NCBI GenBank assembly: GCA_032229785.1
Contig: JAVTWJ010000059.1
Span: forward strand, 55,713 to 119,712
Reading direction: 5' to 3'
Origin: Propionibacteriaceae bacterium
Lineage (GTDB): Bacteria > Actinomycetota > Actinomycetes > Propionibacteriales > Propionibacteriaceae
Length of the DNA stretch: 64,000 nucleotides
In this document: in pieces, positions 37,242-46,784 of the stretch
How the letters are laid out: each line of letters starts with the position of its first letter
How positions within the stretch are numbered: position 1 is the first letter of the stretch
Program-made: the position numbers and the translations under genes
Notes under the pieces: model-generated
Database searches by the model: none
Told to the model about the DNA's origin: nothing
Seen by the model: the letters and a program-made list of their open reading frames with translations, nothing else

Positions 37242-37573
37242 GGCTCGCCGACGGCAACCCGATGACGCGGACGCTGTCGCTGACGCTGATCTTCGAGGCG
37301 ATCGTGTTCGTTCTCGCCATCGCCGGCATGATCCAGGTCAGCGAGGTGGCCGTCGGGCTCGCCCTCGGCGTCGGGCTCGGTGCCGCCGTGCTGGCGATCG
37401 TGGCAGGCGGGACGCTGCGGCGTCCGTACGGCTGGCCGCTGGCCTGGCTCACCCAGGTGGCGGCGATCGCGCTCGGCCTGCTCACCCCGTGGATGTTCGG
37501 GGTGGGGGCCATGTTCGCCCTGCTGTTCATCGTCGTCTTCGTGCTCGGAAAGCGAATCGAGGCGCGCCGATAG
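37238..37573 (+). CDS. Small membrane protein, DUF4233-like
   Basis: ATG 37238 in ORF 36977..37573 (ATGA overlap with the folC stop). 111 aa with three or four TM segments. Sits between folC and ndk, as I recall for Rv2446c. Confidence 0.65.
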   Translation: MRLADGNPMTRTLSLTLIFEAIVFVLAIAGMIQVSEVAVGLALGVGLGAAVLAIVAGGTLRRPYGWPLAWLTQVAAIALGLLTPWMFGVGAMFALLFIVVFVLGKRIEARR

Positions 37574-37606
37574 GGTCGGCTCGACGCGCGCGGCTAGGCC
37601 TGACGC

Positions 37607-37612
37607 TACTGT
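37607..37612 (+). promoter_or_regulatory. Putative -10 box TACTGT, 7 nt before ndk ATG 37620 (leaderless)
   Basis: TACTGTgaacctcATG, no SD. Confidence 0.35.
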
Positions 37613-37619
37613 GAACCTC

Positions 37620-38033
37620 ATGACCGAACAGACGCTCGTGTTGCTCAAGCCGGACGCCGTGGCCCGCGGCCTGGTCGGCCGGATCCTGGCGCGCTACGAG
37701 GCCAAAGGGCTCACCGTCCGGGCCCTTCGACTGCGGGCGGTGGACGGCGCCCTCTCCGACCAGCACTACGCCGAGCATGTCGAGAGGCCGTTCTACCCGG
37801 AGCTGAAAGCGTTCATCACCTCGGGCCCCCTGGTCGCCGTCGTCCTCGAGGGGGAGCGCGCCATCGAGGCCGTCCGCTCCCTCAACGGCGCGACCGACGG
37901 CATCAAGGCGGCACCGGGGACCATCCGAGGCGACTACGCCGGCGCCGGCACGCAGAACCTCGTGCACGCCTCGGACTCACCCGACTCCGCAGCACGCGAG
38001 ATCGCGCTGTGGTTCCCCGGGCTGGGCGCCTGA
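37620..38033 (+). CDS. ndk: Nucleoside-diphosphate kinase
   Basis: ATG 37620 in ORF 37380..38033. [23 protein letters not shown]...GTIRGDYA...NLVHASDS (active-site His). Confidence 0.95.
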   Translation: MTEQTLVLLKPDAVARGLVGRILARYEAKGLTVRALRLRAVDGALSDQHYAEHVERPFYPELKAFITSGPLVAVVLEGERAIEAVRSLNGATDGIKAAPGTIRGDYAGAGTQNLVHASDSPDSAAREIALWFPGLGA

Positions 38034-38039
38034 GGCCCC

Positions 38040-39104
38040 ATGACGTTCCCCGCGCCGGCCTGGGTGCCGGACATCAGGGCGGTGCCCCCGCATCTGCGCC
38101 CGGCGCTCCCGATCGTCGAGACCGGCTACGTCGGCTTCTGGCGCGCACCGCGCTACCGGTGGTGGAAGGGGCTGCTCGCGATCGCGGGCACGGCCGCCGG
38201 CTTCCTCGCCCTGACCACGGTCGCGGGGCTGATCGGGATGGTCGCCGACCGGGTCGACTTCAACGCGGTGGCGATGGGGGACCGGTCCAGCCTGGGCGTG
38301 TGGTTCTTCCTCGCGAACAACGTGGGCATCGCGCTGTGCCTGCCTCTGGCCCTGGTCGTGGCGTGGGCGTGCACCGGGCAGCGTCCGCGGTGGCTGTCGT
38401 CGGTGGCAGGCGGGGTGCGTTGGCGTTGGCTGTTCTCGCTGCTCGCCGTCGTGCTCCCGGTGTGGGTCCTGCTGAACGTCGGCCTGAACCTGATGAGCGG
38501 GGTCGAACTCCGCTGGCGGGAGCACACGCTGGTCATGATCCTCGCCGTCGCTCTCACCACGCCGTTCCAGGCCGCGGCCGAGGAGTATCTGATCCGCGGC
38601 GTCCTCGTCCGCGCCGTGGGGTCCTGGTTCCGGGCGCCTGTGATCGGCTTCGTCGTGTCGACCGCCGTGAGCGCGGCGGTGTTCATGGCGCTGCATGGCG
38701 CCGGGGATCCCTGGCTCAACGCCGACTACGTGGTGTTCGCCGTGGTGGCGTCCTGGGTCACCTGGCGCACCGGCGGGCTGGAGGCGGCCGTCGCGATCCA
38801 CATCGTCAACAACATGGTCGGTCTGGCGCTCGCCCCCTTCACCGAGATCTCCGGGCTCTTCGATCGGCAGGAGGGTGCCGGTGGTCCGTGGGTGCTGCTG
38901 GTCATGGGCGCCCTCGTGCTCGCCGGTGTGCTGGTCGAATGGCGTTGGCGGCGGCGTCCGGGCATCGCCCACAACGCCCCGGGGCGCGACGACTGGGCGC
39001 GACTGTGGTGGCCCGCGCCCGCGGGGACGCCGCCGATCCCGTCGACCGACGTGGAACCGGACGGTAACAGCCCTTTTGGTAGGCTGAATCCACCGACCAG
39101 CTAA
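38040..39104 (+). CDS. CPBP family intramembrane glutamic endopeptidase (CAAX protease-like)
   Basis: ORF track 354 aa. Polytopic. Motifs AAAEEYLIRGV (EExxxR), FMALHG (FxxxH), AIHIVNN (HxxxN). Confidence 0.8.
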   Translation: MTFPAPAWVPDIRAVPPHLRPALPIVETGYVGFWRAPRYRWWKGLLAIAGTAAGFLALTTVAGLIGMVADRVDFNAVAMGDRSSLGVWFFLANNVGIALCLPLALVVAWACTGQRPRWLSSVAGGVRWRWLFSLLAVVLPVWVLLNVGLNLMSGVELRWREHTLVMILAVALTTPFQAAAEEYLIRGVLVRAVGSWFRAPVIGFVVSTAVSAAVFMALHGAGDPWLNADYVVFAVVASWVTWRTGGLEAAVAIHIVNNMVGLALAPFTEISGLFDRQEGAGGPWVLLVMGALVLAGVLVEWRWRRRPGIAHNAPGRDDWARLWWPAPAGTPPIPSTDVEPDGNSPFGRLNPPTS

Positions 39105-39128
39105 CCCTTCCACGAGAGGCGTGATCGC

Positions 39129-42062
39129 GTGCTGCTGAGCCTGATCGCCCTTCACCTGGTCCTGGGCATGGGCGCTGCGCTCTCGGTACGGCTGCTCGGA
39201 CGCAATGCCTTCCTGCTGGTGGCGTCCGCCCCGGCGATCGGCTTCGGCTGGCTCCTGTCGCTGGCCCCCGCGGTGATCGCGGGCGCGGCCTATGTGGAGA
39301 TCGCTCCCTGGATCCCGTCGCTGCACGTCTCGCTGGCCTTCCACGTCGGCCTGCTGCAATGGCTGCTGGCGATGCTGGTGACCGGCATCGGCGTCGTGGT
39401 GCTCGTCTACTGCCGCTGGTACTTCACCCAGCCGCCGGCCCGCACCCTCGGTCTGCTCGTCGCCTTCGCCGGCGCGATGCTCGGCCTGGTGACCGCCGAC
39501 GACCTCATCGTGCTCTACGTGTTCTGGGAGCTCACCACGGTGTTCTCCTACCTGATGATCGGCCACGACTCGTCGAGGCGCGCCAACCGCGCGGCGGCGA
39601 CCACCGCCCTGCTCGTCACCACCACCGGCGGGCTCGCGATGCTGCTGGGCATCGTCGGCTTCGGGGTGAGCACCGGCACCTTCCGCCTGCACGCGATCCT
39701 GGCCACCGAGCCGACAGGCCTGGCCGCGACCGTATGCGCGCTGCTGATGCTCGTCGGTGCGCTGAGCAAGTCGGCGCTGGCCCCGTTCCACTTCTGGCTC
39801 CCCGGCGCCATGGCCGCGCCCACCCCGGTTTCGGCCTATCTGCACGCCGCGACGATGGTGAAGGCGGGTATCTACCTGGTCGCCGCGCTCGCCCCGGTCT
39901 TCGCCACCGTGCCCGGCTGGCGTCCGGCGCTCACCCTGCTCGGCGCCGCGACGATGCTGCTCGGCGGCTGGCGCTCGCTGCGCCAGAACGACCTGAAGCT
40001 GCTGCTCGCCTACGGCACCGTCAGCCAACTCGGCTTCCTCATGCTGCTCGTGGGACTCGGCACCCAGTCCGCCGCCCAGGCCGGCCTCGCGATGCTGCTG
40101 GCCCACGCCCTGTTCAAGGCGACGCTGTTCCTCACCGTCGGCGTGATCGACCACGCGACCGGTACCCGAGACCTGACCAAGCTGTCGGGGCTGGGCCGCC
40201 AACTGCCGGTCCTGGCCGTGGTCGCCGGGCTGGCCGCGGCGTCCATGGCCGGCATCCCGCCGCTGTTCGGGTTCGTCGCCAAGGAGGCCGCCCTCGACGC
40301 GCTCGTCAAGGTGGCCTCCGACGGCGACGGCACCGGCATCCTGCCCGCCCCGGCCGTGCTGCTGGTCGCGGTCATCGTCCTCGGCTCGATGCTCACCGCC
40401 GCCTACTCGCTGCGGTTCTGGTGGGGCGCGTTCGGACGCCGCCGCCGCGCGACCGAAGCCACCGCCGTCCGGCACGCCCCCGAGGCGGGCTTCCTCGCCG
40501 GCCCGGTGCTGCTGGGCGTGAGCTGCTTGATCGCCGGGTTCCTGGGCGGTCCCGTCACCGAACTGCTGGCGTCCTACACCTCCGCGATTCCCGCGGGTGC
40601 GCATCCCCACTCCCTCGCGCTGTGGCACGGGTTCACCACGCCGCTGGCGCTATCGGCGCTGGCCCTCACCGGCGGCGCCGTCCTGTTCTGGCAGCGCGAC
40701 GTCGTCGGACGCGTCCAGAGCACCTTCCCGCAGGTCGCGGCCGCGAACGACTTCTACCGGGGGACGATGCGCCTGCTCGACGTCCTCGCCGTGGAGGTGA
40801 CGGCGCGCACTCAACGGGGTTCGCTGGCGTCCTACCTGTCGGTGATCCTTTCGGTGTTCCTGCTCACCGTCGGCGGCACGCTCATGGTGCTGCCGCAGTG
40901 GCCCACCGAACTGCACGCGTTCGACACGCCGGCGCAGGTCGTCGTCGGCGCCGTCACCGCCGTGGCGGCGATCTCGCTGATCACCGTCCGGGGCCGGATC
41001 CGCGCGATCATCACGGTGGGCATCACCGGATACGGCACCGCGCTGCTGTTCCTGATCCACGGCGCGCCCGACCTCGCCCTCACCCAGGTGCTGGTCGAGA
41101 CGGCGAGCCTTCTGGTGTTCCTGCTCGTGATGCGCACGCTGCCGAAGTACTTCACCGACCGTCCGCTGCATTCGTCGCGCTGGTGGCGCATGCTGCTCGC
41201 GATCGGCGTCGGCGCCACGGTCACCGCCTCGATCCTGGTCAGCACGACCTCGCGGGTGGCGGAGCGGTCCTCGCTCGGGCTCGAGGAGGCGGCCTACGAG
41301 TTCGGCTACGGGCGCAACGTCGTCAACGTGATCCTCGTCGACACCCGCGCCTGGGACACCCTGGGGGAGGTCTCCGTCCTCATCATCGCCGCCACCGGGG
41401 TGGCGAGCCTGATCTTCCTGCGCTCGCGCGTCCAGCGGCGCCCACCGCGCGCCCGGGCGGGCAACCGAAACTCGGGAGCATGGCTGCACACCAGCGGCGC
41501 GCTCGACCCGGCGGCGCGATCGCTGATCTTCGAGGTGGTCACCCGCCTGCTGTTCAGCGTGATGATCCTGGTGTCGCTCTACCTGCTCGTCGCCGGTCAC
41601 AACAACCCCGGCGGCGGGTTCGCCGGCGGCCTGGTGGCGGGCCTTGCGCTGATGGTCCGCTACCTGGCGGCCGGGGCGAAGGAGCTCGAGGACGCCGCCC
41701 CGACCGACGCGGGACGCCTGCTCGGCACGGGCCTGTTCGTGGCCGTGGGCAGCGCCGCGTTGCCGTGGGCGTTCGGCGGACGGATCTTCCAGAGCTACGA
41801 CATCCACCTCACGATCCCCGGCCTGGACGCCGTCGCCACCCCCTGGGGCGTGGTGAACCTCGTCGGCGACCTGCACCTCGTCAGCTCGACCGTGTTCGAC
41901 ATCGGCGTCTATCTGATCGTCCTCGGCATGATGCTGGACCTCGTTCGCAGCCTGGGTGCAGGCATCGACCTGCACGCCGAAGAGGAGCGGACGCCGCTGC
42001 CGCGGCCCGAGTCGACCACGGCGCTGTCCGTGAGCGCCCGACAGCAGGGCGGCCCCCGATGA
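39129..42062 (+). CDS. mrpA: Na+/H+ antiporter Mrp subunit A (fused MrpA/MrpB)
   Basis: ORF track 977 aa, GTG start with GAGAGG SD. NuoL-like polytopic protein, first gene of six with 4-nt overlaps. Confidence 0.9.
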   Translation: MLLSLIALHLVLGMGAALSVRLLGRNAFLLVASAPAIGFGWLLSLAPAVIAGAAYVEIAPWIPSLHVSLAFHVGLLQWLLAMLVTGIGVVVLVYCRWYFTQPPARTLGLLVAFAGAMLGLVTADDLIVLYVFWELTTVFSYLMIGHDSSRRANRAAATTALLVTTTGGLAMLLGIVGFGVSTGTFRLHAILATEPTGLAATVCALLMLVGALSKSALAPFHFWLPGAMAAPTPVSAYLHAATMVKAGIYLVAALAPVFATVPGWRPALTLLGAATMLLGGWRSLRQNDLKLLLAYGTVSQLGFLMLLVGLGTQSAAQAGLAMLLAHALFKATLFLTVGVIDHATGTRDLTKLSGLGRQLPVLAVVAGLAAASMAGIPPLFGFVAKEAALDALVKVASDGDGTGILPAPAVLLVAVIVLGSMLTAAYSLRFWWGAFGRRRRATEATAVRHAPEAGFLAGPVLLGVSCLIAGFLGGPVTELLASYTSAIPAGAHPHSLALWHGFTTPLALSALALTGGAVLFWQRDVVGRVQSTFPQVAAANDFYRGTMRLLDVLAVEVTARTQRGSLASYLSVILSVFLLTVGGTLMVLPQWPTELHAFDTPAQVVVGAVTAVAAISLITVRGRIRAIITVGITGYGTALLFLIHGAPDLALTQVLVETASLLVFLLVMRTLPKYFTDRPLHSSRWWRMLLAIGVGATVTASILVSTTSRVAERSSLGLEEAAYEFGYGRNVVNVILVDTRAWDTLGEVSVLIIAATGVASLIFLRSRVQRRPPRARAGNRNSGAWLHTSGALDPAARSLIFEVVTRLLFSVMILVSLYLLVAGHNNPGGGFAGGLVAGLALMVRYLAAGAKELEDAAPTDAGRLLGTGLFVAVGSAALPWAFGGRIFQSYDIHLTIPGLDAVATPWGVVNLVGDLHLVSSTVFDIGVYLIVLGMMLDLVRSLGAGIDLHAEEERTPLPRPESTTALSVSARQQGGPR

Positions 42063-42487
42063 GTGGCAACCTCACCCTGGCCATCGTCGCGGGGGTCCTC
42101 GTGGCGTCCGGCGTCTACCTGCTCACCGAGCGGTCGCTGACCCGCATCCTGATCGGTGTCCTGGTGATGGGCAACGGCGTCAATCTGCTGTTCATGCTCG
42201 CGGCAGGGCCCGCGGGGAACCCTCCGCTGCTGGGCATGTTCCCGACAGACTCGATGACCGACCCGCTGCCGCAGGCCATGGTGCTGACGGCCATCGTCAT
42301 CACCATGGCGGTGTCGGCGTTCGTGGTGACGATGGCGTACCGCAGCTTCCAGCTCAACGGCAACGACGAGGTCTCCGACGATGTGGAGGACCGCCGCATC
42401 CGGGAGCTGGCCGAGCGCGACGACGTCTCGGACTCCTACGAGGACAGCGGCTTCTCCGACGCCGGCGAGGACAGGGTGAGCGAATGA
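42059..42487 (+). CDS. mrpC: Na+/H+ antiporter Mrp subunit C (NuoK-like) with an acidic C-terminal tail
   Basis: ATG 42059 in ORF 39359..42487 (ATGA overlap). MSGNLTLAIVAGVLVASGVYLLTERSLTRILIGVLVMGNGVNLLF. The tail NGNDEVSDDVEDRRIRELAERDDVSDSYEDSGFSDAGEDRVSE is unusually long. Confidence 0.85.
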   Translation: MSGNLTLAIVAGVLVASGVYLLTERSLTRILIGVLVMGNGVNLLFMLAAGPAGNPPLLGMFPTDSMTDPLPQAMVLTAIVITMAVSAFVVTMAYRSFQLNGNDEVSDDVEDRRIRELAERDDVSDSYEDSGFSDAGEDRVSE

Positions 42488-44016
42488 ACCTCCTCACCGT
42501 CCCCGTCCTGCTTCCCATGCTGGGTGCGGCGCTCACGCTCATCCTCGGACGCCGCCCGCGCCTGCAGCGCCTGGTGTCGATCCTCGTCCTGGTCGGGGTC
42601 GTGGTGGCGGCCGGAACGCTGGCGCTGCGCGCGCACGTCGGCGACGTCCAGACCCTGTGGGTGGGTGCCTGGCCGCAGGGTTACGGCATCGTGCTGGTCG
42701 CCGACCGGCTGTCGGCGATCATGCTCACGGTGGCCGGCCTGGTCACGCTCGCCGTCCTGGTGTACTCCGCCGGCCAGGAGGAGGACGAGGTCCGCAAGGA
42801 GACGCCGGTCTCGATCTTCCACCCGACGTTCCTGCTGATGTGCGCGGGGGTGTCCAACGCGTTCCTCGCCGGCGACCTGTTCAACCTGTTCGTCGGGTTC
42901 GAGATCCTGCTGTTCGCGTCCTACGTGCTGCTGACGATGGGCGGCACCAAGTCGCGGATCCGCGCCGGGTCGATCTACGTCGTGGTCAACCTGCTCAGCT
43001 CGATGCTCTTCCTCATCGCGCTCGCCAACACCTATGCGGCGCTCGGGTCGGTCAACCTGGCCCAGATCGCGCAGCGGATGCCCGACCTGCCCGACCACAC
43101 GCAGGCGCAGCTCCAGTTCATGATGCTGCTGCTGGTGTTCGCGATCAAGGCGGCCGTCTTCCCGCTGTCGGCGTGGCTGCCCGACTCCTACCCGACGGCG
43201 CCCGCGCCCGTCACCGCCGTGTTCGCGGGCCTGCTGACGAAGGTCGGCGTGTACGCGATCCTGCGGACCCAAACCCTGATCTTCCCGCACCGTCCGCTCA
43301 CGGATCTGCTGATGTGGGTGGCGCTGTTCACCATGATCGTCGGGATTCTCGGCGCGATCGCCCAGGTCGAGATCAAGCGACTGCTGTCGTTCACCTTGGT
43401 CAGTCATATCGGCTACATGATGCTCGGCATCGCGCTCGGCACGGCCGAGGGCATCGCGGCCACGATCTACTACACGGCGCACCACATCACGATCCAGGCG
43501 ACGCTGTTCCTGGTGGCCGGCCTGATCCAACGGGTGGGGCACTCCAACAACCTCGACCGGCTCAGCGGCCTGATGACGACCTCCCCGCTCCTCGCGGTGC
43601 TGTTCATCGTGCCCGGCATGAACCTGGCGGGCATCCCGCCCTTCTCGGGGTTCATCGGCAAGCTCGGCCTGCTGGACGCCGCCACCACGGCCGGAACACC
43701 GCTGGCGCTCACCCTGGTGGTCTCCAGCGTCGTCACCAGCCTGCTGACGCTGTACGCACTCGCCAAGGTGTGGAACCGCGCCTTCTGGGGGACCCCGGTG
43801 GCCGTCGCCCACGTCGCGGATGAGGACGACGAGGACGAGGAGAGCTCCGGACGGTTGATGCCCGGGGTGATGATCGGCGCCACCCTGGCGCTCATCGCCT
43901 TCAGCCTGACCCTGACGTTCGTGGCCGGCCCGGCCTACGACTACACGAAGCAGGCCGCCACCGCCCTGCTCGATGGAACCTACGTGCAGGCGGTGCTGGG
44001 GGAGGTGAGGCCATGA
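42484..44016 (+). CDS. mrpD: Na+/H+ antiporter Mrp subunit D (NuoN/M-like)
   Basis: ORF track 510 aa. Polytopic. ATGA overlap with mrpC. Confidence 0.9.
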   Translation: MNLLTVPVLLPMLGAALTLILGRRPRLQRLVSILVLVGVVVAAGTLALRAHVGDVQTLWVGAWPQGYGIVLVADRLSAIMLTVAGLVTLAVLVYSAGQEEDEVRKETPVSIFHPTFLLMCAGVSNAFLAGDLFNLFVGFEILLFASYVLLTMGGTKSRIRAGSIYVVVNLLSSMLFLIALANTYAALGSVNLAQIAQRMPDLPDHTQAQLQFMMLLLVFAIKAAVFPLSAWLPDSYPTAPAPVTAVFAGLLTKVGVYAILRTQTLIFPHRPLTDLLMWVALFTMIVGILGAIAQVEIKRLLSFTLVSHIGYMMLGIALGTAEGIAATIYYTAHHITIQATLFLVAGLIQRVGHSNNLDRLSGLMTTSPLLAVLFIVPGMNLAGIPPFSGFIGKLGLLDAATTAGTPLALTLVVSSVVTSLLTLYALAKVWNRAFWGTPVAVAHVADEDDEDEESSGRLMPGVMIGATLALIAFSLTLTFVAGPAYDYTKQAATALLDGTYVQAVLGEVRP

Positions 44017-44636
44017 CCGAGTCACGCGACGGCGCGGCCACGACGGAGGCGGCGGCGAGGTCACGACGACGGTTCCAGCCGAAGGCGATCGTCGTGCTGA
44101 CGATCATCTGGGTAGCACTGGTGGGTGAGATCACGATCGTGTCGGTCGTGGGGGGCGCCCTGTTGGGCCTCCTCGTCACCGTGCTCTTCCCGATGCCGCC
44201 GATCTCCTACCGTGGGCGCGTCCATCCCTGGGCCGCGGTCACGCTGCTCCTGCATCTGGTCAAGGACCTCGCCGTGTCGTCGACCCGCTTGGCGATCTTC
44301 GCGTTCGGGCGGGCCGCGCCCCGGCCCGGCATCATCCGGGTGAACCTGCGCTCCGACTCCGACCTCTACCAGGTGAACACGGCCGAGTTGGCTTCGGTGG
44401 TGCCCGGCACGCTCGTGGTGGACGCCCGCCCGAAGCGCCGCCACCTCTACCTGCACGTGTTCGATCTGCCCGATCTGGAGGAGCGGGCACTGATCATTCG
44501 CGACACGCTGGGACTCGAGAGCCGCGTGGTGCACGCGCTGGGCTCGCGCGCCGAGATCGCGGCACTCGAACACGACGAGACCCTCGAGGTGGGCGCGGCC
44601 GTGCCCCCCTCCGAGCCCGAGGAGGTGACCTCGTGA
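44013..44636 (+). CDS. mrpE: Na+/H+ antiporter Mrp subunit E
   Basis: ORF track 207 aa. Operon position and TM pattern fit. ATGA overlap. Confidence 0.8.
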   Translation: MTESRDGAATTEAAARSRRRFQPKAIVVLTIIWVALVGEITIVSVVGGALLGLLVTVLFPMPPISYRGRVHPWAAVTLLLHLVKDLAVSSTRLAIFAFGRAAPRPGIIRVNLRSDSDLYQVNTAELASVVPGTLVVDARPKRRHLYLHVFDLPDLEERALIIRDTLGLESRVVHALGSRAEIAALEHDETLEVGAAVPPSEPEEVTS

Positions 44637-45019
44637 GCGTGCGCGAACTGCTCATCGCCCTCGCCATCGTCGTGCTGGCTGCTGCCGCACTGCTGGCGAT
44701 GCTGAGGCTGGCGAAGGGGCCGACCGGCCTCGACCGTGGTGTCTCCGCGGACGTGCTGATCACCGTGCTGATCGGCGGCATCGCCGCCCACGCGATCGTG
44801 ATGCGCACCTCGGTCGGTCTGGTGATCATCTTGATGATGTCGCTGGTCGGCTTCACCGGCGCCGTGGCGCTCGCGCGACTGATCACGGGCACCTCCCTGC
44901 GCGAGCGTCGTTTCCTCGAGGCCGAGGCCCGGGCCGCCTACGCCGAGCAGTCGGACGCGGGCCGGACGCCGAGGCCGGCGCCGCGACGGACGGACGACCT
45001 GCCGGAGGAGGACCAGTGA
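44633..45019 (+). CDS. mrpF: Na+/H+ antiporter Mrp subunit F
   Basis: ORF track 128 aa, GTG start overlapping the mrpE stop. Three TM segments. Confidence 0.8.
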   Translation: MSVRELLIALAIVVLAAAALLAMLRLAKGPTGLDRGVSADVLITVLIGGIAAHAIVMRTSVGLVIILMMSLVGFTGAVALARLITGTSLRERRFLEAEARAAYAEQSDAGRTPRPAPRRTDDLPEEDQ

Positions 45020-45399
45020 GCGGCGGTGACGTCCTCGACATCGTCGGTGCCGCATTCCTGCTGGCGGGCGCGTTGTTCTGCCTGGCCGCCGCGGTCGGCC
45101 TCGTCCGGTTCCCCGACGTGCTCACCCGCCTGCACGCCGCGACCAAACCGCAGGTCTTCGGCCTCATGCTGATCCTCACCGGCGTCGCGTTCACGCTCCG
45201 CACCTGGCACGTCGTGATCTGGGTCACGCTGGTGATCGGGCTGCAGATCCTCACCTCGCCGGTCGCGGGCCACATGCTGGCCCGAACGGCCTACCGCACG
45301 GGCCAATGGGACGACGAGCACGCCGGGGTCGACGAACTCGGCGACGATCTGGCGGCCGCGGGCTTCCGCGCCACGTCCGATCAGGAATCGGCGGATTGA
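45016..45399 (+). CDS. mrpG: Na+/H+ antiporter Mrp subunit G
   Basis: ORF track 127 aa. RFPDVLTRLHAATKPQVFG is a typical MnhG motif. Confidence 0.85.
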   Translation: MSGGDVLDIVGAAFLLAGALFCLAAAVGLVRFPDVLTRLHAATKPQVFGLMLILTGVAFTLRTWHVVIWVTLVIGLQILTSPVAGHMLARTAYRTGQWDDEHAGVDELGDDLAAAGFRATSDQESAD

Positions 45400-45441
45400 G
45401 CGTGCCGCGCGGCGCCGTGGTGCGCACGCATACCGCCTCGC

Positions 45442-45447
45442 TAGAGT
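45442..45447 (+). promoter_or_regulatory. Putative -10 box TAGAGT, 6 nt before ppk2 ATG 45454 (leaderless)
   Basis: TAGAGTccgtgcATG, no SD. Confidence 0.4.
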
Positions 45448-45453
45448 CCGTGC

Positions 45454-46323
45454 ATGAGCGACCGGAATCAGTGGAAGCACGATCCGAGGTCCGCGCTGCG
45501 CGCCGGGGCCGGATTCGATCTGTCGACCTTCGACCGCGGCGGGACGCCCGGATGGTCACGGGACCGCGAGTCGGGGGAGGCCTTGATGGCCGCCCGCGGC
45601 GAAGATCTGTCCGAATGGCAGGAGCGCCTCTACGCCGAAGGGCGGACGGGCGGGACGCGTTCGGTGCTGCTGGTGCTCCAGGGCCTCGACACGGCGGGCA
45701 AGGGAGGCATCGTGCGTCACGTGGCGGGCATGGTCGACCCGCAGGGCCTCTCCTTGGCGTCGTTCGGCGTCCCCACCGCCGAGGAACGGACGCACCACTA
45801 TCTGTGGCGCATCGAGCGTCGGCTTCCTCCCGCCGGGCGGATCGGCGTTTTTGACCGCAGTCACTACGAGGACGTCCTCGTGGTCCGGGTCGACAGCCTC
45901 GTGCCCGAGGCGGTGTGGCGTCCGCGCTTCGAGGAGATCAACGCATGGGAGCGGAGGGTGGTCGACGGTGGCACGACGGTGATCAAGGTGGCCCTCATGG
46001 TGTCCTACGCCGAGCAGGGCGCGCGGCTCATGGAGCGCCTCGACCGGCCCGACAAGCACTGGAAGTTCAGCATGGGTGACATCACGACGCGCTCGAAGTG
46101 GTCCGCCTACCAGGAGGCCTACGCCGAGATGTTCGCCGAGACCTCGACCGAGCACGCGCCCTGGTACGTGGTGCCCGCCGACAGGAAGTGGTACGCCCGG
46201 TTGGCCGTCACCGAGATCCTCACCCGCACGATGGAGGATCTCGATCCGGGCTGGCCGAAGGCCGCCTTCGACGTGGACGAGGCCAGGCGCGCGTTGAGCG
46301 CCACGATGGACGAGCGACGCTAG
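45454..46323 (+). CDS. ppk2: Polyphosphate kinase 2 family protein
   Basis: ORF track 289 aa. VLQGLDTAGKGG (P-loop-like), FDRSHYEDVLVVRV, WYVVPADRKWYARL. Confidence 0.9.
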   Translation: MSDRNQWKHDPRSALRAGAGFDLSTFDRGGTPGWSRDRESGEALMAARGEDLSEWQERLYAEGRTGGTRSVLLVLQGLDTAGKGGIVRHVAGMVDPQGLSLASFGVPTAEERTHHYLWRIERRLPPAGRIGVFDRSHYEDVLVVRVDSLVPEAVWRPRFEEINAWERRVVDGGTTVIKVALMVSYAEQGARLMERLDRPDKHWKFSMGDITTRSKWSAYQEAYAEMFAETSTEHAPWYVVPADRKWYARLAVTEILTRTMEDLDPGWPKAAFDVDEARRALSATMDERR

Positions 46324-46676
46324 CGCGCCGTCGGCACCGTGCCCGACGCGCCGTCCTGGTCGGGGTCGGACGTGAGGTAGACCAGATCGCCGCCCACGTA
46401 CAGGCAGAGCGGTGGCTGGACGGGGTCCCACCGGCAGGGCCGCGGCGGCGGGACGTCCGGTAGGTAGCGGCGCGGTGGCTTGACGACGATGCCGTCCTGG
46501 GCGCTGACGCACGGGTTCGGCCGCGGGACGATCGGGTCGATCCGCTCGGACGGCGGCGGCGCGGCGCCCGTGGGCTCTGCGGCGAACGTCAGGGTCGGTG
46601 CGGCGGCGGTCAGGACCAGGGCGGCGCCGGCGGCCAGTCCCGCGATGCCGGTGGCGGATCGTGCGAGTCTTGTCAT
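46320..46676 (-). CDS. Secreted Pro-rich protein with 3 Cys (118 aa), unknown function
   Basis: ORF track 118 aa, with AGGAGG SD upstream. Signal-peptide-like N-terminus MTRLARSATGIAGLAAGAALVLTAAAPTLTFA-AEP. Stop overlaps the ppk2 stop (CTAG). Confidence 0.6.
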   Translation of the reverse strand: MTRLARSATGIAGLAAGAALVLTAAAPTLTFAAEPTGAAPPPSERIDPIVPRPNPCVSAQDGIVVKPPRRYLPDVPPPRPCRWDPVQPPLCLYVGGDLVYLTSDPDQDGASGTVPTAR

Positions 46677-46784
46677 GATTCCTCCTGAGGTGTCTGGTGA
46701 CTTCAGGATGGCCGGATCCGGCCGCCCGCCGCGTCCGCCGAATCCGGTCGTTCGGCTACCGCATTCGACCGACGCTCGGGCACG

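Noticed and set aside
37977-40628. 883-aa minus-strand ORF spanning the CPBP protease and mrpA genes
   Set aside because: It is antisense to two plus-strand genes that have clear family motifs. Its product is Arg/Gly/Asp/His-rich low-complexity sequence, typical of spurious long ORFs in high-GC DNA.
42436-44064. 542-aa minus-strand ORF opposite mrpD, and 441-aa ORF 40650..41975 opposite mrpA
   Set aside because: They are antisense artefacts. Their products are highly charged (Arg/Asp/His/Gln-rich), unlike the hydrophobic Mrp subunits encoded on the plus strand.
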